From Saprolegnia diclina VS20 (taxonomy: Eukaryota): a DNA stretch of 64,000 nt. The notes beneath the pieces are model-generated. The model was not told where the DNA came from and did no database searches. It was given only the letters and a program-made list of their open reading frames with translations. Numbering within the stretch: the stretch's first letter is position 1; every line of letters starts with the position of its first letter. The translations under genes and the position numbers were made by a program. This document shows, in pieces, positions 49,684 through 61,008 of the stretch. The DNA lies in assembly GCF_000281045.1 (NCBI RefSeq), contig NW_008246097.1, positions 483,911 through 547,910 of the forward strand, in the 5' to 3' direction.

Positions 49684-50850
49684 TTAGAACTTCATCTCGT
49701 GGACGCGGTCGTTCTTCGTGAGCGAGAACTTGGCGTTGAGGTAGTGCTTGAGGGCCGGGACGGCGGCGATCTTCTTGAGAAGAGCGGCGTCGACGATCTT
49801 CTGGTCCTTCTTGCGCTGCTCCGAGACGATGGCAGCCTAGAAACAATACCATCAGCATTTGCGTGACTGGGAACTTTTGTTGTAGCGATTCCAAGCGCCG
49901 AGACGGCGCGTCACACAATAAAGTATGACGCGCCTTGTGTCACAAGTGGTCGTTTGACCCACCACAACAGATGCAAAGAGTGCAGCGTACCGTCGAGGCC
50001 TGGGCGAAGAAAGCCTCTTCGTCCTTCTTCGACGACGTCTTCTCGCGGGCGAAGTAGGCGTCGTTGATCTCCGGGAGCTTGACGTCCGAGATATCAACCT
50101 TCGTCGACGTGGCGATGACGAAGGCCTGGTTCACGCGGCGAAGCGGGACACCGTTGACCTTGTACGGGCCTACATAAAGAGCGAGATCAGCGTTGTGCTC
50201 TCACACACAGACATGCAGCGCCCGGATTCCTCAGGTCTCATAATCTGAAATTCCTCGGCTGGAATCGCGACAAGGGCTACGCCGGGCACACGACACCGCC
50301 ACCGACGCCAGGATGACCGACTTCTCACTCCGATCCATCCCGACGCCGGCGCAGCATGCCGCATGGATCCATTGCGGCCCAGGTCTTGATGGCAGGCCTC
50401 TCAGGTGTCGTTTTTCATCGTCGGAATCCTTCGAGTGGGCGCATTCACATACAGGACATGCAACGTACCGGTGACGAGGAGCGTGCCCGAAGCAAGCTGC
50501 TTAAGGAACACGACGCGCTTGCCACGGAAGCGGCCCGAAAGGAGGATGAGGACCGTGCCGGGGGTGATCGAGGCGCGGAGCTTGGCGGTCTTGACCGAGT
50601 TGCGGGCGGTCTTGGCCGACGGGAGCGGCTTCGGGACGTAGTCCGTGGGGTACCACTTGGGCTTGCGGAGCGTCTTGGTGACGACAGCCTTCTTCTGCGA
50701 GGCCTTGGGGCCGGCCTTGAAGCGGCCGTTCGTGCGGGCGAGCGAGTTGGCCGAGATGGCGTTGATGCCACGGGCCAAGACAACGTTCTGGCGGCGGGCG
50801 ACCGTCTTCTTGGCGGCGGGCTTCTTAGCGGCAGTCTTAGCAGGAGCCAT
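49684..50850 (-). CDS. RPL6: 60S ribosomal protein L6 (eL6), 3 exons; introns 50170-50468 and 49837-49990
   Basis: [83 protein letters not shown]. Confidence 0.97.
49870..49970 (-). ncRNA. Structured intronic element in RPL6 intron 2 (possible ncRNA or regulatory hairpin)
   Basis: 12-bp hairpin GGCGCGTCATAC/GTGTGACGCGCC, enclosed by potential outer stem TGTTGTGGTG/CGCTACAACA. Confidence 0.4.
50224..50429 (-). ncRNA. Intronic box C/D guide RNA, SNORD97-like, predicted to guide Cm34 of elongator tRNA-Met(CAU)
   Basis: Minus strand: 5' stem GGATTCC, C box ACGATGA, D' CTGA, candidate C' CGAGGA, guide TTCAGATTATGAGAC, D box CTGA, 3' stem GGAATCC. Confidence 0.85.
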
Positions 50851-51596
50851 CGATTACTTCTTTCTCGAAATGACAAGTGGACGCGAGATTGCACTCGCGC
50901 TCATGCCAACCACCAATCGCCTCTCGCACCAGTCATTTGCCACTCGTATCCGGACATCATCCGTATAAACCTCTCAAACTACATATTGGATGCGACAATA
51001 TTTCAGCCGAAATTGGCGCCAAGCAACCACCCCAGCGCTCGAGCCACACAGAGGACAGAGATGGCGTGGAGGCTTGTGATAGGCGTCGCCTCGGTCTCTC
51101 GTCAGTGCTGGAAAGATTGTTGGCGCTACGATACGACAGCGCGGTCATGGGAAGGTGACGCCTGAATGCTGAAGGCCAATGGGTCTCCGAAGATCGGACC
51201 ATCGCCGTCGATGACCTCGGGCGACTTTATCGTTATTGCACGTGGGCAAGCTACGGTGTGTCGTGCGCTTGGCCATGCATGGCTCTATCGCAGCACCATT
51301 GATACGCGCTGTCTCCCGTCCCGTACACTATAGGCACCACGAGATTGCTTTCCCGGGTTCCATCTCGTATTTTACGTTGGAAAAAACGGGAATTGCTACG
51401 TATGCTCTCTTCTCGGCAAAGTGACGATGAGGTACGCGCTCTTCCGGGCCCTTTCGTCGCTGCACCTCGTCAATGAGAAATCTCAGAAATCGCCGCCTCT
51501 GCCACCTTCCAACGTTCCACTGGCCATGTTCGATTCGGCACATGTGCCGAAAATAATCACGTCGTGCCACAATCGAACTCGTCGAGCAAGAGAAGA

Positions 51597-52157
51597 ATGG
51601 CTCCGTCCATGGCAACGACGCGGCTCCGGAAGGAGTACGTGGCGCTGAAGAAGAAGCCGGTCGACAACATCGAGGCCGTCCCGCTCGAGAGCAACATCCT
51701 CGAGTGGCACTACGTCATCCGTGGCGTCGGCGTCTACGAAGGCGGGCTCTACCACGGCAAGCTCAAGTTCCCGCCCGAGTACCCGATGAAGCCGCCGTCC
51801 GTGTACATGGCGACGCCCAGTGGCCGCTTCGAGCCCAACACGCGCCTCTGCTTGAGCATGTCGGACTTCCACCCGGAGACGTGGAACCCCATGTGGTCGG
51901 TCGGCAGCATCCTCACGGGCCTCTTCTCCTTCATGAACGAAGACACGCCGACGACCGGGAGCATCGAGACGACGGACGAAGAGAAGCAGCGCTTGGCGGC
52001 GGCGTCCTTGGCGCACAACTGCCTCCCGACCAACACGACCTTTCGGAAGCTCTTCCCGCACTACGTTGAGCTGCATGACGAGCGCGTCAAGGAAGCCGCG
52101 GCGAAAGCGGTCTCGGGCGTCGAAGAAGGACTCGACAAGATGGCGCTTCAAGCGTAG
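51597..52157 (+). CDS. Ubiquitin-conjugating enzyme E2, Ubc6/UBE2J2-like
   Basis: RLRKEY..PLESNILEWHYVI..YP.KPPS..TPSGRFEPNTRLCLSMSDFHPETWNPMWSVGSILTGLFSFM. Confidence 0.92.
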   Translation: MAPSMATTRLRKEYVALKKKPVDNIEAVPLESNILEWHYVIRGVGVYEGGLYHGKLKFPPEYPMKPPSVYMATPSGRFEPNTRLCLSMSDFHPETWNPMWSVGSILTGLFSFMNEDTPTTGSIETTDEEKQRLAAASLAHNCLPTNTTFRKLFPHYVELHDERVKEAAAKAVSGVEEGLDKMALQA

Positions 52158-52204
52158 AGCTGTCTCGTGTTCATTGCACATATATATATACCTCTACCGA
52201 TCGT

Positions 52205-53935
52205 CTAAGGTCTCGTTACGTCGACGTCGGTGACGACCTGCATGTAGAGCTTGCCGAGGAGCATGATGGCGCTCATGGCGCCATAGCCCACGCAGACGTA
52301 GAGATACATCGCGTGCGTAGCCCAGTATGCGTTCATCGCTGGCAGCATCGTACCGGGTCGCACAAGTGGGAGCGCGGCCTCCTTCGGGAGCTCGAGCCCG
52401 AGCGTGGCCGCGCGGTGGCGGAGGTAGACCCACGCACACGCCCCACCCGCGAGCCGCGTTAGAAACTGCGCGAGGGCCGAGTAGAGCACAAACGACAGAC
52501 TCATAGTGGCAATGGACGGCGAGAGGACGCGCCAATGCAGTGAGATCTCGAGCACAAAGAGACTCGGGATGATGAGCGAGCTCGCCAGGTCCAGCACCAT
52601 GTTCTGGCGCGCCTTGAGGAGCCGGCTGCATTGCACGTGGGCGCGCTCGAGGACCGGCGCGGACTCTTTTCCAAGGCAATTGCTCAGGAGCCACGTGCCG
52701 AGGTCGTTGAGGCACTTGCTGTCGCGCGTAAAGATGCGGCCAAACGTCAACAGCAAGAGGAGGCCGTAGACTGCGTCAAAGCGCTGCGTGCCTGTGAATG
52801 CCATGTACCTACTCAGTACGCAAAGTAAGTGGCATCCAGAATGAAGATAGACCAACCCGAATATGCTATCGAAAAGCTGCAACAGCGTCAGCAAGATCAC
52901 GTGGTCTTCCTCGGACGTGGCGTAGAGCGCAACGAGGCGCCAGAGATGCCCGTATGTGCCCATGAGGACGTAGTAGGCGAGCGTCGCAAAGATGCTCTTG
53001 GACGACCCGTTGCCATTTTGGCCAAAAAGGTTCTCAACCACAAAGGTGGGCAGGGCGTGGATGCACATCTAGTGGGTGGCATCAGCGCATAGCAATCGTG
53101 TGTATCGTACCTGGAACGAGGTGAAGAGGAGGCAAAAGCCGCGGCTGCGCGACGCGTGCCATTGGGACCGCGTGCCGAGCGCCAAGAGCACATGCACGAA
53201 GAAGAGAGGCCCGACCGCGATGAGGTTGATGGACGGCTCGAGGTACGGCAGCACCATCGACGCCGCCGAGTAGAGCATGACATCGTAGCCGGCGAGTTGT
53301 GGCTGGCCGAGACGGACAAGGACTTGTTGCACATAGCTGATGTCACGCTGCGGGCGTGGAGAAGGCAGAGCTGCAGAGATCGCGTGCAGCGACGGGCCAC
53401 ACGCTGCGACCGTCGAATTGCGACGACTGCTCGTCGCGTAGTACGGGTACCCGTACATGACTGCAAAGTAGAGAGCAAAGTGGACAGTGACGAGGACCTT
53501 GAAGAGGCTTGTCGTGTGCCGCGGGCTCTCCCAGAGGTGTTTGTTGGGCGGCGCGGCGAGGTAGACGAGCTCCGATGCGAGCTCGGCGCCAACGAGGCAG
53601 ACGTAAAAGCCGCGGCAGTAGAGGCTCCGCGCCGCCCGAGGCTGCGAGAGGAGCCATGGGTACCCCACAAGGACAACGTCACCGAGACGCGTGAGGAGTA
53701 GCCAGGTAATGTGGGCTGGGAAGGCGTCGATGGCCGCCGTGTCGCGATAGTATTTGGCAAGAGCGTAGGCTCCAAACGACGTCAGCGACGAGACGAGGAG
53801 GACGCACCGCGCATGGTGCGAGCACAGAATCTAGATGCGCATCAGAGAGCGCGAGAAGACGAAGAGGAGGAGTACGATCCAGAGGTCGTGCGGAAGCGCG
53901 CAGACAAGCGAGCGCACGTCGTTGGCGTCCGACAT
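52205..53935 (-). CDS. Hypothetical multi-pass membrane protein, multi-exon
   Basis: Hydrophobic ORFs 53069-53830 and 52205-53068 joined by short introns. Confidence 0.65.
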
Positions 53936-54988
53936 ACCGCAATCGTATCTCTTGCGTTGAAACCGAGTGCATCTCGTTCTGCTTCTCCTTTTCTGATAGG
54001 TGAATGGACACTTCGAAAATGACGTTGCTGCGTTCGATACACCTTGCATCCGAGCGCAGCTTGGCTGTATGACGTAACCCAAGCAACGCTCGAGAGGCCA
54101 ATTGTCACTGTGGAAAACACGAAACATGGAAATTTGAAAGTCAAAGTTGCGATTCGAAAGACGATTCGACGTGTCTAGCCGCACATAGTACTAGTGTGCG
54201 CTCTCTATTTGCAATGCACTGAAGCTGTAAGAGGTCCTTCTTGCGTCCAAGCACAGCCTGCACCGGCTCATGTTGGTGAAATTGTCCAGGGGCTCGATCT
54301 CGCCCTCGAGTATAAACAGATTCATCGCCGACGATGACGAGCTACCCGACGTCGGTTTGTCGTTTGCTGCTTTCTCAGCTCTAGAGACTGCGCGATTGAA
54401 GAGCTGCACTCTCGGGCGTCACAGAAGGGTTCGATCCTCGCCTTCGACATGTCTGGACATTTCATAATCCGCCCCTAACGACGGCGATACAGAGCTGTTG
54501 GCGACAGCACTCGAGTCGCAACGCAACTGGAACCCTTTTTGTCTCTGGGGAAAACTCCATTTCAATGATTTTTCCAATCTACTGTCCTAGACATTACAAT
54601 GTGCGCTGTGTCGATGCAGACGTCGATTCTGGAGTAGTCGTACATGCTCGCAACGCACCGAGTCACATGATCTCACAGCCGGCCCTTTGCCTCGACCAGA
54701 TCCTCTTTGCTCGTCAGCCGCCTCGACCACAAAGCTCCGTTGTGTAATAGTTGTTGCGCGGTCTCTGTCCTCACTTCCTTACCAATATTGTCGCGTCCAT
54801 AGCGAGGAGCCATCGCTGTTTTGCGCTCCGTTTACTCGGACGCTGCACGGCGGCTGGGATAATGGTAGCTCGAGCTCCTGGCGCGGGAAGATCGCATGCG
54901 GAAGAGTCCACCACCAATGCTCGGCCAATCAGATGCGCTGAATTCGCTTGATACACCAATCACATTTGTTTCGAGCCCTCGACCAAGC

Positions 54989-56632
54989 ATGAGTGCCGCC
55001 GCCGACGTCGTGACCTTGGACGACTTCGCCCTCAAGTTTCCGGACGACGTCGAAGAGAGCTTCAGCGCTGCGTACGGCCAATCGCACTGGGACGAGATCA
55101 AGAAGGCCCTCGCGCGCCCGTACGCTGCATTCTCATTGGCGTGGGTGACCCACCTCGCTCGTGTAGGCCCGCGTACACATCGGTGCGCGTCAACACGCTC
55201 GTGACGGACCAAGCCGCACTCGTTCTCAAGCTCAACGAGGCGCTCAAGGACTTCAACGCGCGCTTGGCGTCGGCGGGCCGCCCACCGATCGTCGCTGTGC
55301 CGCACGTCTCCCTGCCCGACGTCGTCATGGTGCCGTCCGCACCGCGTATTGCGCTCGACGTCGCAGACGTCATGAGCCGGAAGAAGATCATTGTCGACCG
55401 CCTTTGCGGCGAGGCCGTACTCCGTGGCAGCGACATCTTTGCCCGTGGCGTCATGTGTGCGAGCAGCGCGCTCAGCCACAGCGAGCCGGTGGCCATTTTC
55501 GTCGATCTCGACCACTCGGCCACGCGAGGGAGCGACGCCGAGCTCCACACGGGGCGCAAGGTGCTCATTGCACAGGGCACGACAGCCATGGCGCGCAGCG
55601 AGATGTTTCGTGCGATGAAGGGTCTGGCCGTCGCCGTCAACACCCGCGTACGTCACATTTTCGACATTTTTCTCTCCAACTCAAAAAGGTTCATGTAGTT
55701 TTGCTCGGACGCGCCGCCGCTCAACGGCGTGCTCGCTGGTGAGCTCTACATGCAGAACACGCCGTCGAGTGTCGTCGCCCATGTGCTCAACCCAGAGGCG
55801 GGCGACACCGTCCTCGACATGTGTGCGGCACCGGGCGGCAAGACGTCGCACCTCGCAACGCTTATGCAGAACAAGGGCACGCTCGTGGCGTGCGATCGCA
55901 GTAAGCGCAAGGTGCTCGAGATGAAGAGCTACTTTGACTCGATCGGTCTCTCGATCATCACACCGATTCGCGTACGTCCTGCATTTTTTCAAATTTGAGG
56001 TTGAGATTGAGATTGACAATACGATGATTCGAGTAGCTGGATTCGACGCAGTCGGTGCGACCAAAGGACAGCGAAGTCTTGAGCGTCCAAGAGATCATTG
56101 CCGCGGCGGCCAAGGCGCGCACGAACGAGAAGCTCCTTCAGATTGACGGCTTTAGCCCCGAAACTTTCGACAAGGTACACGACCTTTGGCGCGACGACGG
56201 TGGAACTCATTTCTTATCGAGTAGATTTTGCTCGACCCACCGTGCTCGGCGCTGGGACTGCGCCCGCGGCTCTTGCACGCGTGCAACATGAGCGAGCTCG
56301 AGCAATATTCCAACATGCAGCGCAACTTTCTCTGGGCCGCGGTCTTTCTCCTCAAGCCCGGTGGCACGCTCGTGTACTCGACGTGCACGGTCAACCCGAA
56401 CGAGAATGAAAAGATGGTCGCGCACGCACTCAAAGAGTACCCGCTGGAGCTCGTCCCGCAGTCGCCGATCGTGGGCGCGCCGGGCCTGCTCAACATGGGC
56501 CTCTCGCCCGAGGATGCGGCCAAGGTCCAGCGCTTTGACCCGTCCGACGCGATCGATACGATGGGCTTCTTTTGCGCCAAGTTTACCAAGACCAAGTCGA
56601 TTCGTGCTACTGCCCTCGTTGCGGAGGCATAG
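54989..56632 (+). CDS. NSUN6: NSUN6-like tRNA m5C methyltransferase (PUA plus RsmB/NOP2)
   Basis: TSVRVNTL, CGEAVLRGSDIFARGV, QNTPS.V, LDMCAAPGGKTSH, FDK|ILLDPPCSALGLRP, LVYSTCT..ENE. Confidence 0.92.
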
Positions 56633-56736
56633 ATGGTATCGTGGTAGACAAGGAAGATAGTAGTAATACATGCATTGAGGGTTGCATTTGTATGTGTCTT
56701 CCACAGACAAGGGACGTGACGACGACAAGGGGCAGC

Positions 56737-57448
56737 TTAGAAGCGGCGCTGGACGTGGCTCATAAACTCGGAGCGCGTGCGCGGGTCCGACTGGAAGCAG
56801 CCGAGGACGGAGCTCGTGACCGTGGACGCGCCGCTCTTTTCGACACCGCGCATCGTCATGCACATGTGCGTGGCTTCAATCACGACGCCGACGCCGAGTG
56901 CTCCGATGGCCTTCATGAGGCCCTGCGCGATCTCGATCGTGAGGCGTTCCTGGACCTGGAGGCGGCGGGCAAAGACGTCCGAGATGCGCGCGAGCTTGCT
57001 CAGGCCGAGCACCTTGCCGTTCGGGATGTAGCCAATGTGCACCTTGCCCACGAACGGGACCATGTGGTGCTCGCAGAGCGAGTAGAGCTCAATGTCGCGG
57101 ACGATGACCATCTCCGAGTAGTCTTCGGTAAAGACGGCGTCGTTCAAGACGTCTTCCAGCGTCTGCGTATAGCCCTTGGTGCAGTAGAGGAGCGCCTTGG
57201 CCATGCGCATCGGCGTCTTCACGAGGCCCTCGCGGTTGACATCTTCGCCCAAGCACTATTCCATATGGCATGTTAGCATCAACTCGCATGCAGCAGCGTT
57301 GCTCTACCTCGAGGAGCACCTTGACGGCCGCGGCCATCTTCTCGAGCTTCTCCTTGTCGTTGAGGTGGTCGTCCTTGGAGCGGACCGACTTGGTCGTCGT
57401 GAGCGTCGTAATGGAAGTCGCGTTGGTCGTAGCAGCACCGGGAGCCAT
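56737..57448 (-). CDS. GCH1: GTP cyclohydrolase I
   Basis: [64 protein letters not shown]. Confidence 0.97.
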
Positions 57449-58583
57449 CGTCGACATGAGCTGGCAAATTGACAAATGGACAAATCCTCGTGGATGTCCG
57501 GCGCTCTCCTTCACGGGGTTCAAGCCCAAGTGATGCCGGCCCACGACCGCATTCCGGATAATTTGCAAAATATTATTTCGGATTTCACGCTATTTTTAGA
57601 ATAAAACGACGCGCACCAGCCTTTGACGACAGAGGCACCACACGTTTATTTTAAATAAATTATGACTATTTAAATGAAAGCAGCTCAACACAGTGTACTT
57701 TTCAAGCGTTTTAAACAGAAGAAAGGTGTAGCGAATCGGCATCCTGCTGAGCACGTGCCCGTGCGCGTCCGTAGTGGTGCATGATTCAATCATGTCGATA
57801 TGAAGATACTATGATACCGCAGGACGGCTATGATTGGCCCCGTGTGACGTGCCACGGCGTGATTGGCGCATTCGTTTTATACAGTGTTTTAAACGGTTTG
57901 ATACGGGGTGGAGCAGTATCCGGACGATTTCGAGAGATTCCCACCATCCCACTGGAGCACAGCAGCACGACGCAGCAAAGAAGTCCTATCACCGGGACAG
58001 ACGAATTGGTGATAAGTGATCGCACTTCGAGCTCCACGCTGCAGGGACAGCGCCCACGGTCTTCCGAGCGTGATATCTGGTCGTCTTTCGAGGAGCTTGA
58101 AAAAAGTATGCTGGAAGCCCATCGACTTCCACGTGGTTTACAGTGCCCCACGGTGAGGTGTATGCGAAACCCAAGTGAAAAACAGCCTATTTCACACAGC
58201 GCATCTGCGCCACTTCAAGTTGGCTTGGCGAGTCCCTTGCGCACACCACCGATACCGCCGATCATTGTCGACGCAGCTAAAGTATGATAGGCTGCAGCGT
58301 GCAGCTGACGCTGTCGTTTAATCGACTACTCCCTCAATGCGGTGCTGATGACGATTCTGTCGGCGCCGGCGATCGTCAGCAACCGGAATTCATCCGCGAT
58401 CCCAAATTTGCAAACACATTTGCAAACACAATAGGCCGGAGTCCGGATACGACAAATCCGGATAAGCGGCTTTTCGGAGTTGGGACAAAATTATTCGGAC
58501 AAAATCCATGGGACAAAATCCCCGGAGGCGACCCGGAGCGAGCGAAAAACAATCCAACTTCGTTGACCAAGTTCTCGATGGGG

Positions 58584-59678
58584 ATGGTCGCTCCGTGGGC
58601 GTCGGCCGGGAACGAGACGTCTGCGGCCGAAGCCAACCGCCGCGCCTTCGCAGTCACAGGCTTCTTCTACGTGTGTGTATTCGCACTCAGTGTCGTCCAG
58701 CTGGTCCGCAACTGCAAGAGCTACGCTGCCTGGACTCAGCAAAAGGTGGCGCATGCGATCCTCGTGCTCTTGGCCTTGACCCGCGCCGTCTTCCTCCTCG
58801 CCGTGGGCGTGAACGACTGGTGCCACGTAGCTGGCACGGGCGTGCTATCGCCAGCGTGCGAAGCCAACGGTATCGAACGCCAGCTCTTTTACGCCGCGGA
58901 CGAGCTGCCCAACCTGCTCTTCTTCTCTCTCTACCTCCTCATGGGCCTCTTCTGGGCTGAAGTGTACTACAATGCGACGGACCAAGTTGACTTTTTCAGC
59001 TACGTCGTCAAACCCACGGCCATGACACTCCATGTGTGCGCGTACATCCTCCAGATTGCGCTCTGGGTGCTCTACGCCGACCCGTGGCGATCGGAAGGTA
59101 CAACGCCATCGTCGATCGCACGAGCTCCCGGTGTTTCTTCTTAGATCACTACATTGGTCGTGGCTACGCAGCGTACACAACCACCATGTTTAGCATCGTC
59201 ACGCTGGCGTTCCTTGTCTACGGGCGCCTCGCCTACATCGAGCTTCGGTACGCCTCCTTCGTCATGTGCTCAGCATGGCATGCTCGCCATTAGGTCGGTG
59301 CCGGTGGATCTGGGCGTGCGCTCCAAGAAACTGAAAGAGGTGACGCGCATGACTGTTGTTTGCACGACGTGCTTTACGAGCCGGTCGCTACTCGTCATCT
59401 ACCTCGCGCAAGACCACGTGCAGCTCGGCACGCACCTCTCGTGGGGCGTCATTCTCCTCTTCTACGCGCTCCTCGAGCTCCTCCCGATCGGCGTCATCCT
59501 TCACTTCCACCGCCGGTTTCCTCGGCCATCAACGACGAGTGTCGAGAACAAGGTCTTGTACCGGTTCTTGCCCGACGACGACGATGTCTACGGTATCGAG
59601 GACGGCGGCATCGTGGCCTGCGAGGCGCCGCTTCTGGCCGACACGGACGACTCGGACGATAGCAGCGGCAACATTTAA
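58584..59678 (+). CDS. THH1/TOM1/TOM3 (DUF1084)-family 7TM protein, 3 exons
   Basis: VVQLVR..WTQQKVAH..ELPNLLFFSLYLLMGLFWAEVYY..RSKKLKEV..CTTCFTSR..YALLELLP. Confidence 0.85.
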
Positions 59679-59693
59679 CAACATGAAAACTAA

Positions 59694-61008
59694 CTAAATC
59701 GGCGTGTAGTCGCGGCGCTTGAACTGGTGGATGCGGCGGTACGCCGAGTGCATCGCAAAGACGGTGCAGAGCACGAGCGCCGCACACATGATGAGCGACG
59801 TCAGCGAGTCCTCGACCGGGTCGCTTCCGAAATGCATGTTCTTCACCTTCTTGACCGGGTGGTACGCGCAGAGCGTCTCCCACGACGACGTCGCCGCCAC
59901 GTGCGCGTCGAGAATACCGCGAAACTCGTCCATAGGACAGTCGAGCGCGCTGCATTTGCCGAGCTGCACGGGCGCTCGGCCCGTGAGCGGCGACCACAGA
60001 AACGTGCGCACCAGCTGGCGACCGTTCTCTTCGTGGAGCTCAAAGTACATGGTCGTCGCGGGCGGTAGCGCGGTCGTATTGAATCCCGGGGCACGGGCCT
60101 CGCCCGGCATTTCAAAGCGCCAGTCCAAGAGCAGTCCCATGCCGTGCAAGAGCTCGCGGTGCCCCGTGTACGCGTAAAACTTGTACGGCGACGACGGGCT
60201 CACGGGTGCGAGGTTGGCGAGGAGCATCGCGGGAAAGCCGCCCATGTAGTACGTCACTTGGCGCGGCGTCCCGAGGAAGCGCTCCATGCGCTGCGTGAGC
60301 GCGAGCTCTTGCAGCTCTTGGTACATGGGGTCTGTGAGCCCGAGCGTCGGCGGCAGGCCCTCGAGCCGGTCGAGCTTAGACATGTCGGCAAGCACATTGA
60401 GGCTCGTGATCGTATCCGTGCCCGAAAGATCCGTGCCACACACCTTCGAGAGGGATTGCACGAGCGGCGCGTGGGCTTTTAGCAGCGCCTTTCCGCGCGT
60501 CGCGCTATAGGCGGCCAAGTCGGCGCTGAGCGTCTCGGCGCACGGGCCATCCGTGACGCCAAACTCAAACTCGTTGGACGCGAGCTGCATGACGATCGGG
60601 ATCGGGTTGGGGAACGGGAGGTTGCTGTTGACACTCGGGTAGAGCCCGTACCCAAACGTCGTCGCGCTCTGGCCGCAGCTCATTGCGGCGTCGGCGCGAA
60701 AGTACGTCTCGAAATGGCGCTTCTGCTTGAACGTCGGCGAGAGGAAGTGCGCGCTGTCGACGTACACGGACCGCGTGTGCTGACCGGCGGCGTACATCTG
60801 GCGCATGCCAGCGTCCGTGAGCTGCATGAAAGGCACGCCGTACTTGTCAAAGTTGGCTGCGTTCTTGGGACAGAGGATCGGGGCGGCGTCGCTGGGCGCG
60901 CGGTTACCATGGTTGGTCAAGGCCACAACAGCGCGAAGCGACGAGCTACGAGCGCATGAGCGTTGTGGCACAGACCGTCGTCGTCTCCTACCTTGCTGCG
61001 TTGGCCAT
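59694..61008 (-). CDS. Histidine acid phosphatase-family protein with C-terminal TM
   Basis: VVALTNHGNRAP, QLTDAGMRQMY..G, PP....YFELH, C..DCPMDEF; C-terminal hydrophobic helix. Confidence 0.8.

Noticed and set aside
50231..50255. tRNA-Met gene on the + strand (GTCTCATAATCTGAA anticodon arm)
   Set aside because: There is no D-arm/A-box, T-arm GTTCGA or acceptor stem. The match is explained as the antisense guide of a minus-strand C/D RNA.
3771..52157. Apparent clustering of ubiquitin-system or DNA-repair genes
   Set aside because: These are large functional classes, interspersed with unrelated genes, with no evidence of co-regulation
53831..53875. In-frame TAG suggesting readthrough or a recoded genetic code
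   Set aside because: It is the acceptor of a typical 45-nt intron (GTACTC...CTGAT...TAG). Other genes here end normally at TAG.
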